From: Azolla caroliniana
Lineage: Eukaryota; Plantae; Polypodiophyta
Direction of reading: 5' to 3'
Assembly: GCA_043228905.1 (NCBI GenBank)
Contig: JBHGNT010000005.1
Coordinates: 13,702,001-13,766,000, forward strand
DNA: 64,000 bases
A program made the position numbers and the translations under genes. How positions within the stretch are numbered: position 1 is the first letter of the stretch; each line of letters opens with the position of its first letter. Shown piece after piece: positions 21,376 to 34,200 of the stretch. Under the pieces are notes generated by a model. That model ran no database searches, had not been told where the DNA came from, and saw only the letters and a list, made by a program, of their open reading frames with translations.

Positions 21376-24267
21376 GCTGCCAATTGCGATATCAGAAGCG
21401 TCCACGAACACATGAAACTCTTTACTCCAATCCGGAGGCTGCACTACCAGTGCTTGTGACAATAACAACTTTAGTGCCCGGTACGCCTTGTCTTCGATGT
21501 CGGTCCATTGGAACTGTGTTCGGTGTACTGCCGCATGCAGAGGTGTAGCCAGGTCTGCCAAATATCGGAGCATAGGGCTATGCCAGCGGATTTGTCCTAG
21601 GAAACGGCTCAATGCCTTTACCGTTGCCGGTGTCGATGCTTCTCGGATTGCTTTCACTTTGTCCGGATTTACGACAATGGCTTCCTTGCTCACTATATGC
21701 CCTAGTAGCGTTCCACTAGACACTCCAAATACACACTTCGCCGGGTTCAGGCTTAGCCGGTACGCCCTACACTTCTCTAGACATAGTCTGAGATGCTGCA
21801 AATGATCTTCTTCTCTGCTATAGACGGCGAAGTCGTCAAGGAACACCTGCATAAAAGCCGGTATGTATTCGCCAAAGATCTCCATGATGATCCGTTGGAA
21901 TGTTGCTGGTGCCGTTTTCAGCCCGAACATCATCACCACCGCAACAAACACTCCCCATTCGGTGACGAAAGTCGTTTTCTCTTAATCCTCAGGTGCATCC
22001 GGATCTGATTATACCCGCTGAATCCGTCTAAGAAACTGTAGACTTCATGGTCGGCGACGGCATCCAACACTCCATCCGTAAACGGAAGTGGAAATGCATT
22101 CGTTACCGTTGTCGCATTCAGCTTCCTGTAGTCGACACAAACTCTAATTTTGCCGTTCTTTCTCGGTACGACTACGATCGGGCTCAGCCATGTAGATTTC
22201 TTTACGGGACAGATGAAGCCGACCCTCAATAATTTGTCGATCTCCTCCTTGACTTTGACGGCGTAGTTTGGGTTCATCCGGTACCGACGTTGTGCTACCG
22301 GCTTGGCGTCTTTGCTCAGATGTATCTGGTGCTGATACATCTGAGGATCTAGGCCTCTCATATCCTTGTACGACCAGGCAAAGACGTCGCGAAACTCATT
22401 GAGGAGTGTAATTATCGCCGTTTTGTTCTCTACATTCATTTCTTTGGCGATGTGCACCGGTTTGGCCTCCTCCGCCGTTCCTAGATTTACCTCTTCTAAT
22501 TGGGACGTTTCTACGCGCTGGGATACGACCATTTCCCTTTCCAACGCCTCCTACGCATGTCGTAACTCCCAGATTGCTTCTTTATCCGGTTCCACTTCGT
22601 TTCCGTCCGGTTGCAGTAAGTAGGGTGATACCGCTTCCGCGACGTCAATTTCGAATAGGGGTACAATCTTCGGGTTATCCGGAAAGTACTGCTCTTCTTC
22701 TTTGTCTACTAATCCTTCCAGCATATTCACACACTCCGCATATAACGGTGTCAGATCCTTGCCGGTGCCCTTCCTTGGTTGTGTTGGTACCCGTACCTTC
22801 GCTTTTCCCCACCGGAACGTAATCATATTCCTCCTCCAGTTCTGCTTGATATGTGTCGTCTTTAACCAAGGGCATCCCAACAATAATGGGTACACTCCTT
22901 CAGCCTGCAACTGGAGAACTACGGCTGAGATTCGGAATGTGTGGCCCCCGATGGTTACTTCCAAGTTCCGTATTAAACCTGTCGGTCGCACCGAGCTTGT
23001 GTCCGCCATTCGGAGTCAGAACGGACATGGCTCCCACTCTTGGATTCCAAGAGCATCGCACGTCCGGAGGCTTATTACATTAACACCGGAGCCTCCGTCT
23101 ATTGTCGGACTGCTAGTGTCCACCACCGCTGGTCCCTCCTCCGGATTTGAGAAGAATGCCAGAGCCGGTGGTGTTCCACCTGTCGTCATGCCTTCCTTGA
23201 GTCCTTCTGTGAATCTTGGTACTAGCTGCAAGAGTCGTCCTAATGGCAGCGTGATCTGGCATTCCTGCAATACCTGCCATGTCGCGTTTTCGGACTGACT
23301 GCCGCCGGCGAGCTCTTCGGTGTTCTCCTTTTGTTGCGCGAGTTCTACTACGTTTCGCTCATTGGCCTTTTTCACCCATTCCGTTGCCTGTTTCCGGATG
23401 GCCTCTTGTGTCTCCCATTCCGTAGTCTTCCCCTGCGACCTTGTGGTGACCTGCTGGAGGTCTGCGACTTCGGCGACTACCATGTTTACTGTCGATCGCT
23501 TATCATAGCTCTTTGCCGGACATTGATTACTATAATGTCCTTCTTGTCAGAAGTAATAGCAATATGCTTTCCGGGTTTTGCTGGATTCGGCATTGTTTCC
23601 TGTACCCAGTGGAGGACTTGTGGTAACCGCGGGGCTCTGGTCTGGTTGGCTGCTTGAGGCGCCTTTTTCCGGTTCACGTGGGTGGCTCCCGTTTTTGAAA
23701 TGCCATTTTTTATTAAAGTTCTTTTTGTTGCGGTACCCTTGCCGGGGTTGGTCGTCATACCTCCCGTAATCTTCCCGTCGTTGGTGATACCCGGGGGAGT
23801 GATCCCAGTTGTGATGCTCGTACCGTCCATTGTAATCTCGGTACTTGTCATATCTCTTGTACCGGTCGTAGTTGTCTCGCCGATTGTCGTACTGGACATG
23901 TTGTGCCGGTCGATATCGCTCCTCTCGTCGCCATCGTTCGTCTTCTTTGTGTCGGTTGCTACGTGGCTCGATTTGCCGGACTGGTGGAGCTTGCCGATTC
24001 AATAAGTTATATTCGCACCGGTCCATCGTGTGGCTCGTAGATTGGCAGAGTAAGCAGTGCGTCCGCATGGTGCACTCCAGTGACGAGTGTCCGGAATTCA
24101 AGCAGGTCGTGCATTGGATTGCTTGCTAGAAACGGAGATCCTCATCGGTTGGTAATGCTCATTGGAGGGCTCCCATTGTTCGCCAAGAGCTCATTTTTTC
24201 TATTTCTCTAACCCGGTCGATGACCTGGTCGACGGTGCTTGTGGAAAGTCAATGACCGTGCATCCGT
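21376..24267 (-). pseudogene. gag C-terminal part (two Zn knuckles), protease and RT of element A
   Basis: C..C..GHSSLEC, CLLCQSTSHTMDRC, IDGGSGVNVI, SPIVVVPRKNGKIRVCVDYRKLN, FLDGFSGYNQI, VFLDDF, VFVDASD; several stops. Confidence 0.9.
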
Positions 24268-24653
24268 AATGACTTACGACACAACGTTTACTTAGACCTT
24301 AATCGATTACTTAGCCATCCATAATTAACACGCGTAAGATATAACAATGAATACAGAACGGTAATCAACACTGGAAGATTAAGACAATAAGCTTTATTAA
24401 TTATCCGCTCCTAATTACATTGTAACCGGGCCTTTATATAGGTCTCCGGTGCGAAATACAAAACGGTGTGAACTGGCACCTTTACGGAATCATTCCGGAT
24501 CCGGATCGGCATACCGATTCCGGTCCGTCCATCCACATCTTCTTATATAATAATATGTATATATTAAGACTACTAATTACAACAGTTCCCGAATAACTAT
24601 TCCTTTCACACTCTGGTTTGGACCTCCTTAAGCCTTCTTGCCGACCGGTAACA
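24268..24653 (-). repeat. truncated 5' LTR of element A
   Basis: Direct repeat of 2230-2615; joined directly to mid-gag. Confidence 0.85.
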
Positions 24654-27600
24654 GATCCGGTCGAAGGATTTTTCCATCCATTGAAACGACCGATGGAGTT
24701 CCAGTCGAGAAGAGTTGTCATGCCGAGTGGGTTCACCATGCAATCCATTGTCCCACATGCGTGCCATGTGTTACCCATAAGAATATACAGGGAGGCATAA
24801 AGGGTGGAACATGATAATGTGGTTGATGTGTTGTGTAATATGAATGAGTGTATGAGGATGAGTATTGAAAAGAATGGCGTGCGGAAGCAATATAGGAAAC
24901 CGAACAACAGAAAACGCAGGTTTAATGGAAAGCTTAGGTTTGCACAATACGCACGGGAGAGCCAGAGAGAGAGAGAAAACACAGAACTTAATTCAAAAAT
25001 AATACTCAATCTGTACATACACCGTGCTCAGTGATCACCTTTTATACAAGCCCTGACAATCGGACTGACACAAGTTCTGACAGTACTTGACTGCTCATAA
25101 ATGAGCCTTGACACTTACTCCCAAAACTATTCCTTAGGAGGAATATCTCTCTAACGGCCTTTCGGTTTACGCACCGATACGGCCTCTCGTTACGCACCGG
25201 TTTGCGTACCATTTACGCATCTGTTTTACGCACCGATACGACCATGTTATGCGTACCGATTATGCATCGGTCCAGCCTAACCGATCCGGTTCCCCGCTTG
25301 CATAGCCGATCCAGCCGATGTTGAGCTTGTCTCTCAACACTCCCCCTCAAGCTCAACTTGAGGCTCTTCGGGATCTTCTAGATCATCGCTCCGGTTCCTG
25401 GCTCCACGCCTCACTCGTGCTCCTCGGCCTGTTCCACTCTGCGCGCTTCGACCCTTCCGGTCGGCTTGGGTGCTTCCACGGCCCTTCACAGCTCCCTTGT
25501 TGTTGCGGTGTTGGCGCTTCTGCTACTGCCTTCTTTTCCGCTTGGCCCTCAGTTGATTTAGTGTATCCGAATCAAACATCCGAACCGACTCGGCTACCTC
25601 CGATCGGTTTTCTCTCTCGTCCGAGTTGGCTGTCTCCAACTTGTCTTCGGTCTTTTCGCCCTTGACGACGTCATTTCCCCAATGCTTGGTTGAATTTGGC
25701 TCTTCCTTTCGGCTACTCCCCTTATGTCCGCTTCCGGATTCTTCCATGGGTCCGTCCTCGGCTTTTTCAGCCAATCCGAAATCGAATTCGTCCAAGCGCA
25801 CCCGAGAATTGCCGCAACTTGTCCAGTCCAAGAGGCTTCGTGAAGATGTCGGCGGTCTGCCGATCCGTCGGAACATACTGAAGTTCGACTTCATCGGAGA
25901 GAACACGCTCACGGACGAAATGGTAGTGCACCTCAATGTGCTTAGTCCGGGCGTGGAAAACGGGGTTCTTGGCGAGCTGGATGTTGTTGAGGTTGTCGCA
26001 GTAGATAGTCGTTGGATCGGACACCTACACCTGCAGATCCTTAAGTAGCCGCTTCAACCATATGGCTTCGCATGTTGCGACAGCCGCTCCTCTATACTCG
26101 GCTTCGGTGCTCGACAGTGCAACTGTCGGCTGCTTCTTGCTACTCCATGCAATCGCGGCACTCCCAAGAGAGAACGCGAAACCGGACGTGGGTCAGTGAT
26201 CGGCAACGTTGCCGGCCTAGTCGGCATTGGTGTAGCTGACCAACTGCGGGGCTGTATCAGACCGATATAGTAGCCCCTGGTCCTTAGTGCCCATGACGTA
26301 CCGGAGTACGCGTTGTGTGCACTGAAGGTGTTCCTCAGTAGGTCGCGCCATGAACTGACTGATCACCCCGACCGGATAACTGAGATCGGGTCGGGTGATT
26401 GTCAAGTAGATAAGGCTTCCAACAATTTGTAGAATACTGACCGGACCGAGTTGCCTTCCCAGATGAATAGGGAAGAGTCCGATTTTGACATTGCAAAGCC
26501 CATCCGACGCAGTTGCTGCGTGATCTTCGCGTTCCAGGCACGTGGGGCTTGCTTCAATCCGTAAAGGGACTTCTTCAATCGGCACATTGCCCACGTGTTC
26601 GTTCCGGAGTGAAATCCGGCGGGTTGTACCATGTACACCTGTTCCTCAAGCTCACCCTACAGGAATTCATTCTTTACATCCATTTGATGTAAGTGCCACC
26701 CCTTTGCCACAGTTACCGTGAGCAAAACACGGACGGTCGTCATCTTCGCGACCGGCGCAAACGTCTCATCGTAGTCGATGCCGTGTTTCTGCGCGTAGCC
26801 TTCTGCCACTAACCGGGCCTTGTATCAGTTGACCGAGCCGTCAGTGTTGTACTTGACCTTGTACACCCACCTACATCCGATTGGCTTCACACCCTTCGGC
26901 GCGTCAACCAGGTCCTAGGTCTCGTTTTCTGCCAATGCGTGCATCTCTTCCTCCATCGCGGCGCGCCAATTCGCGTCCTTAGCCACTTCTGTGTAGCTCT
27001 CCGGCTCACGCACTTCCGCTACACGGGTCATGTATGCATAATGATGCGCCATGTACTCGTTGTATCCGAACCGCACAACTAGGTTCTTCTGGCGGGTAGA
27101 TCGGCGTAATCGGTCATTAGATGTCGAGGTTTTCTCGGCCGACGCGGACTTCGCTCTTGAAGACCCGTCACCACTACCCTCAGAGTCGGACTTGCGTCGG
27201 TCTGACTCGTTCCTATCCATGCCGTAATCTGACACCTTCTTCTTCCCTTTTTCCTAGCGCGTAAGCCATCTCCTCGGCTTCCTGAGTCTCCACTGCTCTC
27301 CGGCTCTTCATCAAACTTGTCGAACCGACTCAGTCGTCCATTCGATCCACTTAACCGAAACGAAATCAGACTCTTTTCGCGGGTCTTGATTTCAGGCTCA
27401 TTCGGAGGCATCTCGGCTTCGCTGACCTCATCGTCAGAACTCGGATTGGAGGTGAGTTCCGGAGTCGGAGCCAAGTACTAGGACGCGGACTCGTCAAACA
27501 CAATGTCGCGGCTCACGCGTGCTTGTTTGGTGCGTGGGTTATAACACTTATAACCCTTCTGCTCGTCCGAGTAGCAAACCAAGATACACTTCTCGGCTTT

Positions 27601-30600
27601 CGTGTCCAACTTCCTCCGTTTCTCCTTCGGTACATACACATACGCAATGCTACCAAAAACTCTCAAGTGTCGTAGATTCGGCTTCCTTCCGAAGTACTAC
27701 TCATGCGCCGACACTTTGTCTCCGATCCGATTCTGGATGTATACCGCGGTTCGTACCGCCTCGGCCCAATAGAACTTGGGCAAGCTCTTTTCTTCCAGCA
27801 TTGCCCGCCCGCTTCTACAATTGACCGGTTTTTCCTCTCGGCCATGCCGTTTTGCTCCGACGTGTATCTACAACTGAATTCGCACCGAATTCCCATCTAT
27901 TGTAGATAACCGTTGAATGGATTGGAAAAGTATTCTTTTCCGCCATACGACCGTAGGCTCTTGATGTTTCTTCCTGTTTCCGTTTCCACGAACCCTTTGA
28001 GGTCCCAGAAATAGTCGAAGTCTTCGCTCTTCCTCTCAATGAGGTAGATCCACGTGTGCCACGTGTAGTCGTCGATGAAGGAGACGAAATATCAGCTCCC
28101 GCCAAGACTAACGTTTTGTGCCGGTCCCCACACATCAGAGTGTATCAAGTCAAGCTTGTTTCGGTTCCGGTTACGCTTGTTGGGGAAGGGAAGTCGGTGT
28201 TGCTTCCCAAGCTAGTAGGCTTCACAAATTTGTGCCTTCTGGCCAGTAAATTTGGGCAATCAGAACACCACTTGTTTCAATTGCAGGTCCTGAAGCCGCT
28301 GGTAGTTGATGTGGCCTATCCGCTTGTACCATAAGTCGATGTCCGACTCGACTTTTTGTCTCTTTGCGAACATTGCGGTGCCACAGTCAGTAGAGTCAAG
28401 GATGAACATCCTCCCATCTCTGCGCCCTTGCGCAATAACTCGGCCTTCTTCCTCAATGAAGCACCTGAGGTGTGTAAACTGGACCTCCATCCCTTGGTCG
28501 ACGATCTGTCCGACCGACACCAAGTTCTTCGTGATTGTCGGAACGTGTAGCACGTTCATGAGTTTCCCTTTCTGGCCGACATGGCTCAAGGGAACTTCTC
28601 CGACATTCACGATGGGATGCGGAGTGCCGTCTCCGGTTGCGACTACTCCCGGTTGCATCTGTTTTTCTAGGTACGAGAACCACTCCTTATGGCTCGTCAT
28701 GTGATTTGACAAACCGGAGTTCACGTACCACACCTCGTCCGATTTCAGGGTGGTCTGCTTCATTGAGTTTGCTTTGTGTCTCGTCACGAAGACTAACCCT
28801 TTTCCGGCTTCTCCGGATCCTTCGGCGTAGTGCGATCGTTGCCGATTTCCTTTGTCAGTCAGTCTGGAACCTGTTCCCGACCCGGTTCTCTTTGAATCGG
28901 CGCGCTTTTTCCAGCACTCGCTCTCCCTGTGGCCTTTCTTGCCACAGTACCACTATTCCGCGACAGATTTCCCTTGCCGGTTCTCGTCGCCTCGACTCCC
29001 CCTGTTTTCGGAGGGTCCGGAATTGCTGTCGACATCACTTCGGTGTCTTCTTCCTTGATCCCGTCGGCCGTTTCCATTGCGTACCGACTCACCTCGTCCA
29101 CCACGACCACGGGGTCTATCTCCCTCCGTGTACAACATCTTACTGTCGGCATGCGTGCTTGTTGACACACCCGCATGGTTCTCCTCTATAAGGAGCATCG
29201 ATTGTAAGTCTAAAAACGACGACGTATTCTCCCGTGTACACACAGCAGTTCGGAACGCTCCGAACTTTGACGCCAAACCCCCGAGACAGACCTGGACCAT
29301 CTCGCTTTCCTCGATGTTCACATCGATGAAGCTAAGGAGTCGCATATGTCCTTGATCTTCAAGGTATAGTTAGCCATTGACAAATCGCGTTGTCGTAGGT
29401 TGCTCAATTCCAGTCGGAGCTTAAGCTTCCTGGTTGTGGTGCTCGCGGTGAAGATCTTCTTCAGATTTTCCCTCGCACCCTTCGGTGTTTTTGCATCCCG
29501 AACGTAGCTTAATAGTTGTTCGCCCACACAAGACGCGAAGCAGTAGAATGCTTTGCTCGCCGAGTGTTCCCACACCGGGAAGTCTCTATGTGTCGAATCA
29601 AGTGTTGTGTCATTTGCTCCCTCGACATAGCTCCAGTAACCGTGTCCGAGCAGGTACTGGTGCATCTTGTAGGACCAAGATGCATAGTTGGTTCTGTCGA
29701 GCTTCTCCGTCGGAAGCAAGCTAGCCATTCCTCTATCCATCAGTTTTCTTGTTCTTCTTCATTGGTTTTTCCTTCAAGCAAAGTCGACTGTGGAGGTTCT
29801 CAACCCTCACGCTCTGATACCATGAAAAGAATGGCGTGCCGAAGCAATATAGGAAACCGAACAATAGAAAATGCAGGTTTAATGGAAAGCTTAGGTTTGC
29901 ATAGTATGCATGGGAGAGACAGAGAGAGAGAGTAAACACAGAACTTAATTCCAAAATAATACTCAATCTGTACATACACCGTGCTCAGTGAGCACCTTTT
30001 ATACAAGCCCTGACAATCGGGCTAACACAAGTACTAACAGTACTTGACTGCTCATAAATGAGCCTTGACACTTACTCCCAAAACTATTCCTTACGAGGAA
30101 TATCTCTCTAACGGCCTTTCGGTTTACGCACCGATACGGCCTCTCGTTACGCACCGGTTTGTGTATCGTTTACGCATCCGTTTTACACATCGATACAACC
30201 ATGTTATGCGTACCGATTTACGCATCGGTCCGGCCTAACTGATCGGTCCCAACCGATCTGGTTCCCAGCTTGCACAGCCGATCCGGCTGATGTTGAGCTT
30301 GTCTCTCAACAAGTATGTGTATGATACACATGCACATTTGTGTGCATGTGTACAAAGGTGAGAAAGTGGGTAAGGAATGCAACTCCCTACTTGTCTCATT
30401 CTTTATTTGTAACAGTTGCCTCTTGTACTATATAAACCCCACCCATGGGGCATAATGTAACATAGCTTTTTCCCCTCTCATTTTGGGGTCGTTTCTTATT
30501 GGTTTTTTCTCTCTTTCTCTCTCCCTCTAGGCTTCACCCCCCACCCATCAACACTAAGGCCTTCGGGTCAGCATTGGTATCTCTATTCTTCTAGCGAGCT

Positions 30601-30658
30601 TACTCTCTCTCTTACTCACAGTTATAGAGGCAAAGACCTCTTACTCACGTTTATATAA
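24654..30658 (+). mobile_element. 3' end of a related Ty3 (element B): short internal stretch plus LTR starting TGTTACC at 24769, interrupted by a copia
   Basis: LTR pieces 24769-24865 and 30317-~30658 with plus-strand CTATATAAACCC at ~30428 and a CT-rich downstream region; preceded by TCCCACATGCGTGCCA-TG; right boundary uncertain. Confidence 0.6.
24866..30311 (-). mobile_element. Ty1/copia element (family C1), structurally complete, ORF degenerate
   Basis: LTRs 24866-25339 and 29823-30311; TSD AGTAT; PBS TGGTATCAGAGC (Met-i) 29811-29822; PPT TTGAGGGGGAG; gag (EKLDRTNYASWSYKM), PR (WYVNSG), IN, RT ([15 protein letters not shown]), RH (TKHIEVHYHFVRE). Confidence 0.95.
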
Positions 30659-31291
30659 TGTCAAAGTTAATATGTAGAAGCTTTGACAAACCGGTTTATC
30701 TGGTCAACCACAGAAAACAGGGAAAGAAGGTTCAATGGAGGCTTAGGATACACAAGAGAGATAGAGAGAGCAGAAAGCATAAACTCAATTCAAAATAATA
30801 TCATTGTACATACAATGTGCTCAGTGAGCACTTTAATACAAGTCCATAAAGGAATAACAGAAGTACTAACATGTACTTTAATGCTCATACGAGCGACGGA
30901 CAATAACTCCCAAAAATATGCCTACATACTAGGCTAGATTCGTAGGCCTCTAACACCCTATTGGTTACAATTAGGTCTGTCTCTCTGATACGGCTTCTGG
31001 ATCCAGATACCCATCCGGTTCTTCGTTCAGGACTCCGATCCAGATCTTGTTCAGCTTATTCGCTCAACACTTCCACCTCAAGCTCAACTTGAGGTCTGAT
31101 CGTTGTATCAGTGTCTGCCGATTCATTCCTCTAGCCCCTCTTGGCTTCTTCCCGCCTTCCTCACGCTCCTCGACCCATCTGGTTCCGCTTCCCATGACCC
31201 GTTTAGCCCCATGCACCTCGACCTTCTCGGCCGGCTTGTCTACTCATAAGGCCATCTCAGTTCCTTCACTGTTGCGACTCCGGCGCCTCAG
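30659..31291 (-). mobile_element. copia C1-related 3' LTR (30659-31069) plus PPT and 3' tail, truncated
   Basis: Similar to the 24866-25520 segment (ctcaaca|cttccacctcaagctcaacttgagg). Confidence 0.75.
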
Positions 31292-34200
31292 TCTTACCAA
31301 TATGCTTCCACACACGTATTCTTTTACATGGTATCAGAGTGTGAGGGTTAGGACTCCTCTGCAGCCGACATAAAATCTTGCAATAAAGACAGAGTTAAGT
31401 TATTGTTTTCGGAATGGATAATACAACAATATGGACAGAGGAATGGGAAGCTTGCTATCGACTGAGAAGCTCGACAAGAGAAACTACGCATCTTGGTCGT
31501 ACAAGATGCACTAGTACTTGCTTGGTCATGGTTACTGGAGTTATGTCAAAGGAGCTAATGATACAACACTCGAATCGACACACATAGATTTTTCGGCTTG
31601 GGAACAAGCGGCAAGCAGAGTTCTTTACTGCTTCGCATCCTGTGTGAGCGACCAACTCTTGAGCTACATTCGGGATGCTAAGACGCCAAAGGAGACGTGA
31701 GCGAATCTCAAGAGGATTTTTGCCACTAGCACAATGGCCAGGAAGCTGCACCTCATGCAAGATCTCAACAATGTGCGACAGAAAGATCTGTCTGTCGCCG
31801 ATTACACAACCCGAATCAAGGAGATTTGCGACTCTCTCGCCTTCTTCAACGTGAACGTCGAGGAGGAAGAAATGGTGTAGGTTTGTCTTCGAGGTTAACG
31901 TCAAAGTTCGGAGCACTCTGAACGGCAGTCTACACAAGGGAGAACACGCCTTCGTTCTTCGAGCTTCAGTCGATGTTGCTCGTGGAGGAAAATCACGCGA
32001 CTGCGTCGACGAGTACGCACGCCGACAACATGATGTTGTACATGGAGGAAGATAGACCCCGTGGTCATGGCGGATGAGGCGGATAGGCACGCAATGGAGG
32101 TGGCCGAAAATAGCAGAACGTGCGGTATAATCGAAATGCTGGAAGAAATTTCGAACCCTCCGGAAGTAGGGGGAGTCATAGCGGCGCTGGAACCCAGCAA
32201 GAGAAGGCCACGACGGAATGTTGATATTGTAGCAAGAAAGGCCACAGGGAGAGGGAGTGCTAGAAAAAGAGACCCAATTTGGACAAAGCCAGATCGAGCG
32301 AAAGAGACGTAGAGAGGAGTCAGAGATCGCACTACACTAAGGGCTTCGAACGAACCGGAAATGGATCGAGCCCAACCTTCGTAATGAAGCACAAGGCCAA
32401 TTCGATGGTCATGAACACCTCGAGAGTGAACGAGGTGTGGTATGTTGACTCCGGAGCGTCGAATCATATGATGAGTCACGAGGAATGGTTCTCCCACTTG
32501 GAGAAACCGGAAAAGCAAGGAGTGGTCGAAACGGGAGACGACACTCCGCATACCATCGAACATGTCGGAGAAGTTCCCCTTAGCCACGTCGGGTAGAAAG
32601 GGAAACTTATGAATTTGTTGGACGTCCCAACAATAATAAAAAACCTGGTGTCAGTCGCTCAGATCATCGACCCAGGGATGAAAGTTCGATTCACACACCT
32701 CGGGTGCTACATCGAAGAAGAAGGCAAAGTTATTGCCCAAGGGCGCCGTGAAAGGAGGATGTTCATCCTTGACACCAATCAAGGCGGAACTGCACTATTT
32801 GCGAAAAGACAGAAGGTCGAGTCGGACATCGACCTGTGCCACAAGCAGTTCAGCCACGTTAACTTCCCATGGCTTTGTGAAATACAAACGAATAACATTG
32901 TTTTCAGATTGCCGAAATTTCAGGGCCGTAATGGCCAAGTCTACGAAACCTGCCAACTCGGGAAGCAGCACCGACTTCCATTCCCCAGTGAGCATAATCA
33001 TAGTCGAAATCCGCTGGATTTGATCCATCCGAATGTGTGGGGACCGGCACAGAACGTGAGTCTCGGTGGAAGCCGTTACTTCTTAACCTTCATCGATGAC
33101 TTCACTCGGCATACCTGGGCATGCTTGACCGCTAAAAAGAGTGAAGACTTCGCATGTTTCCTGAAGGTGAAAAGCCTCGCAGAAAAGAAAACAGAGCATA
33201 AGATCAAGTGCCTATGGTCTAATGGCGGGAAGGAGTACTTCTCCGACCAGTTGACGAGTTATCTACATAAGGAGGGAATTTGATGCGAATTCTCATCTAG
33301 ATATACACTGGAGCAGAATGGCGTAGACGAGCGGAAGAATCAGACAATCGAAGAAGCCACAAGGGCAATGCTTGAAGAGAAGCATATGCCAAAGTTTTAC
33401 TGGGTTGAAGCCATAAGGACAGCTGTTTACTTGCAGAATTGGACCTCTGCTAATGGAGGAGTGTTGCCACATGAGTTGTATTTCGGAAAGAAGCCGAACT
33501 TGGCACACTTGGTTGGCTACTCAGATGAACAAAAGGGTTATAAGTGTTATAACCCCTGAACCAAACAAGCTCGCGTAAGTCGTGATGTTGTGTTTGATGA
33601 GTCCGCATCGTGGTACTTGCCTTAGATTCCAACCCCTGACGATTCCATTCCGAATTCTCATGAAGATGTTAGCGAGGCTAAGATGCCTTTTTGGGATGAG
33701 GATATCGAAGCTCTAAGAGAGAGTTTGATCTTATTTCCCCGCATAAAGAACCGAGGAGACGGTTTACGCGTAAAGAAAAAGGGAAGAAGAAAATGTTGGA
33801 ATACGATTTCAGTAGTCCCGAGTCAGATTGGAATGAAACTGACTTTGGGCCAATCGAGAAGGAACCTCCGCGAAAGAGATCAAAGTCGGCCGAGAGGTTC
33901 CTTTTAAAGAACCCCATAAAGAGATACGGGTATAATGCGTACATGGCGCACCATTATGTGTACATGACGCGAGTGGCGGTAGTGCGTGAGCCAGAGAGCT
34001 ATGCAAGAAGTGGCAGAAGTCGCAAACAGGCGTGCCGCGATGGAGGAAGCGATGTGCGCATTATCGGACAACGAGTCTTGGGACCTAGTTGACGCACCGA
34101 AGGGTGTGAAGCCGATCGGATGCCAATGGGTGTATAAGGTCAAGTACAACATTGATAGCTTTGTCAAACGCTAGAAGGCCTGATTAGTGGCGAAAGGCTA

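Larger units (their letters stand above)
2083..24653 (-). mobile_element. Ty3/gypsy non-chromovirus LTR retrotransposon (element A), degenerate, host of nested insertions
   Basis: Direct repeat 2230-2615 / 24268-24653 ending GGTAACA; gag-PR-RT-RH-IN fragments all on the minus strand rejoin across the inserts; the U5/PBS/gag N-terminus of the 5' end is deleted at ~24268; no TSD confirmed. Confidence 0.85.
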
